IMG/VR virus record: IMGVR_UViG_3300045988_122265
Coordinates: 1 to 40,571 of that record
Origin: a virus
DNA: 40,571 bases
Reading direction: 5' to 3' (one strand)
The translations under genes were made by a program, and so were the position numbers. How positions within the stretch are numbered: position 1 is the stretch's first letter; each line of letters begins with the position of its first letter. Shown here in pieces: positions 39,118 to 40,571 of the stretch. Below the pieces are notes generated by a model. That model had not been told where the DNA came from, made no database searches, and saw only the letters and a program-made list of their open reading frames with translations.

Positions 39118-39333
39118 ATGTACAGCTATCTTAAGGGCAAAATCGTCGAAAGGGGTATGAGACAAACTATCATCGCTGATGCGCTGGGCATATCCCCCAA
39201 ATCCCTGGGCTTGAAGCTTGCGGGTAAGCGCGATTTCAAATGGGACGAAGTATGCCTGATACAGAGCCGCTTTTTCCCGGACATTGACAAGGACACGCTT
39301 TTTATGGCAGCCGAAGAACGCAAAGGGGCTTAA
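39118..39333 (+). CDS. Cro-like / XRE-type small HTH regulator
   Basis: MRQTIIADALGISPKSLGLKLAGKRDF. AAGGAGG RBS. First gene of the rightward early operon. Confidence 0.7.
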   Translation: MYSYLKGKIVERGMRQTIIADALGISPKSLGLKLAGKRDFKWDEVCLIQSRFFPDIDKDTLFMAAEERKGA

Positions 39334-39360
39334 TAATCTACAAGGAGGAGGAAAGAGGAA

Positions 39361-39732
39361 ATGAGAAAGTGTGAAAATTGCGGGGCGAACCTTGACAGTG
39401 GTGAGCGCTGCGACTGCGAGCGCGAGAGCGACAGAGAGAAGCTTGACAGGGCGTGCTGGATGATAGCGGATGCCATATCCACCATGCGCGCGGCTGACGG
39501 GCTGCTGAGGGAGTGCGGGATTGAACTCTGCGGGGCCCTCGACTATGACTACGATATCACGGACATAACGTATGGGCGGCACATCCAGTTCTTATCGGGC
39601 AGAAAAGCCTTTGAGCGCATCACCGGGGAGAAGTGGGAGGAAGTGCCGTTGAGCGAGAAGTTTAAGCGGGCATCGACCATATACCGTGGGCTGAAAGTCA
39701 TAGAGCTGATAGAGGAGGCCGAGAAGCAATGA
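39361..39732 (+). CDS. Hypothetical protein with an N-terminal zinc ribbon (CENCG...CDC)
   Basis: AGGAGGAGG RBS. Confidence 0.6.
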   Translation: MRKCENCGANLDSGERCDCERESDREKLDRACWMIADAISTMRAADGLLRECGIELCGALDYDYDITDITYGRHIQFLSGRKAFERITGEKWEEVPLSEKFKRASTIYRGLKVIELIEEAEKQ

Positions 39733-39944
39733 GGAAGATTTCGACAAAGGACTACATATATTCAAGGCTCCAACTATACGGCATAAGCCGTGCGGAGCTG
39801 GCGGCAGCCCTGTATGTAAGCCCCCGCACACTTGCGAGCCGCATGGCCAACACCGACACGCTTACATTGCGCGAGCTGCGTATTATCGCTAAGAAACTGC
39901 ATTGCAGCATAGCTGACCTTGCGGGGGAGGGCACATGCGCATGA
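39729..39944 (+). CDS. Small HTH DNA-binding protein (possible excisionase or regulator)
   Basis: ISRAELAAALYVSPRTLASRM......LRELRIIAKKLHCSIADL. ATGA overlap with the upstream gene. Confidence 0.6.
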   Translation: MRKISTKDYIYSRLQLYGISRAELAAALYVSPRTLASRMANTDTLTLRELRIIAKKLHCSIADLAGEGTCA

Positions 39945-39995
39945 AGAGTCTGACGAGGAATAGAATATAATTTTTTAGGAAAGAGGAGTAAATCA

Positions 39996-40427
39996 ATGAA
40001 AGAAAAACTTAACATGGGCATTGAAATCGACAAAGAACTAATTGAAAGTAATGTAAGCAACGCTGTATGCGTTGCCATAGCAAGCGCACTGGGGGATAAA
40101 GATGAGCTAATAGGGAAGGCTGTTAAAGCAGTGATATCATCGTATGTGGATTCAGAAGGCAGGCCGTGCAGCTCGGGCTCCTATCGCGCAATACCATATC
40201 TAAAGTATTTGGCAGAACAGAGCATTAAAGAATCTGTGAAAAGTGAAATAGCTAAAATGGTTGAAGAAAATAAGGAACAGTTTTCACAAGCTATTCGGGC
40301 AGAACTAAACAAGCCGTCTGTCCGGCAACAACTGGCGGCGGCATTCTTAGATGCGGTCATTGGTACGACACAACAAACCTGGAAAATGCCGATAACAGTC
40401 TCTTTTAACCGTCACGAGAACGATTAA
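39996..40427 (+). CDS. Hypothetical protein (143 aa)
   Basis: AAGAGGAG RBS. Visibly A/T-richer than the genome average. Confidence 0.6.
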   Translation: MKEKLNMGIEIDKELIESNVSNAVCVAIASALGDKDELIGKAVKAVISSYVDSEGRPCSSGSYRAIPYLKYLAEQSIKESVKSEIAKMVEENKEQFSQAIRAELNKPSVRQQLAAAFLDAVIGTTQQTWKMPITVSFNRHEND

Positions 40428-40452
40428 ATAAGGTAAGCCTTAGGCGACCGAG

Positions 40453-40571
40453 AGGGCACATGCACATGAAGAAGCTGACAAGGGCTGAATTTATCGCCCG
40501 CGCCGTGGCGGACAGAAGAAAGGACAAGCTGCGCGGGCAAAAAGAAGCGTATTGGGTGCGGTCAGCACACA
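40453..40571. repeat. Direct terminal repeat, copy 2 (identical to 1-119)
   Basis: Same 119-nt string as the window start. Consistent with circular assembly overlap or terminal redundancy. Confidence 0.95.

Larger units (their letters stand above)
1..40571. mobile_element. Complete temperate siphovirus-type phage genome, contig closed by a 119-bp terminal overlap (unit length 40,452 bp)
   Basis: Full modular gene set is present: integrase, cI/cro switch, replication, terS-terL-portal-MuF-scaffold-capsid, tape-measure tail, lysis, attP. The two contig ends are identical. Confidence 0.85.

Noticed and set aside
1-40571. cas genes, toxin-antitoxin pairs, retrons, and other tRNA or rRNA genes elsewhere in the window
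   Set aside because: I scanned the ORF products and intergenic regions. I recognized no Cas, RT or classical TA motifs, and no further ATTGAAAC-type repeats on either strand.

Overview
The window is a complete, circularly closed genome of a temperate siphovirus-type phage. Bases 1-119 are identical to 40453-40571, giving a unit length of 40,452 bp. Strong AGGAGG ribosome-binding sites, an LPXTG protein and an NlpC/P60 endolysin point to a Gram-positive, Clostridia-like host. The gene order is modular:
- Lysogeny module: tyrosine integrase, a membrane-tethered XRE protein, a cI-like repressor and a divergent cro-like gene (36.7-39.3 kb).
- Early genes that wrap across the contig junction.
- Recombination and replication module: Gp157-like, Rad52-like annealase, NinB-like, Ref/HNH-like, SSB, replisome organizer, DnaC-like loader and VRR-NUC (0.3-5.4 kb).
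- Small accessory genes, including a 500-bp tandem duplication.
- A 4xHTH protein and a sigma/RinA-like late activator, followed by a terminator at 9.65 kb.
- Late operon: methyltransferase, JAB-domain protein, ParB-DUF4417, terS, terL, SPP1-type portal, MuF-like protein, scaffold, HK97-fold capsid, head-tail connectors, major tail protein, chaperones, tape measure, and Dit/Tal/fibre/receptor-binding proteins.
- An LPXTG surface protein, an endolysin and a holin.

The most unusual region is the accessory island at 31.9-36.6 kb, between the lysis genes and attP. It holds three things:
- A promoter-driven repeat-spacer-repeat unit. Its two 29-nt repeats are type I-C-like CRISPR repeats (GTCAYCCG-tetraloop-CGGRTG-TGGATTGAAAC) with compensatory stem changes, and the unit ends at a bidirectional terminator. 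No cas genes are present. It is a candidate phage mini-CRISPR array or RNA anti-CRISPR.
- An adjacent minus-strand block of small acidic and zinc-ribbon proteins plus an RHH regulator. It is driven by two near-identical consensus promoters, each carrying a perfect 14-bp palindromic operator. This layout resembles an acr-aca (anti-CRISPR plus regulator) operon.
- A five-gene plus-strand cargo cluster of unknown function encoding Q-rich, Gly-rich membrane, Cys-rich and ferritin-like proteins.

attP contains the 3' end of a tRNA gene flanked by four TTTCACTT arm-type repeats. All family assignments come from motif recognition by eye. No database searches were run.
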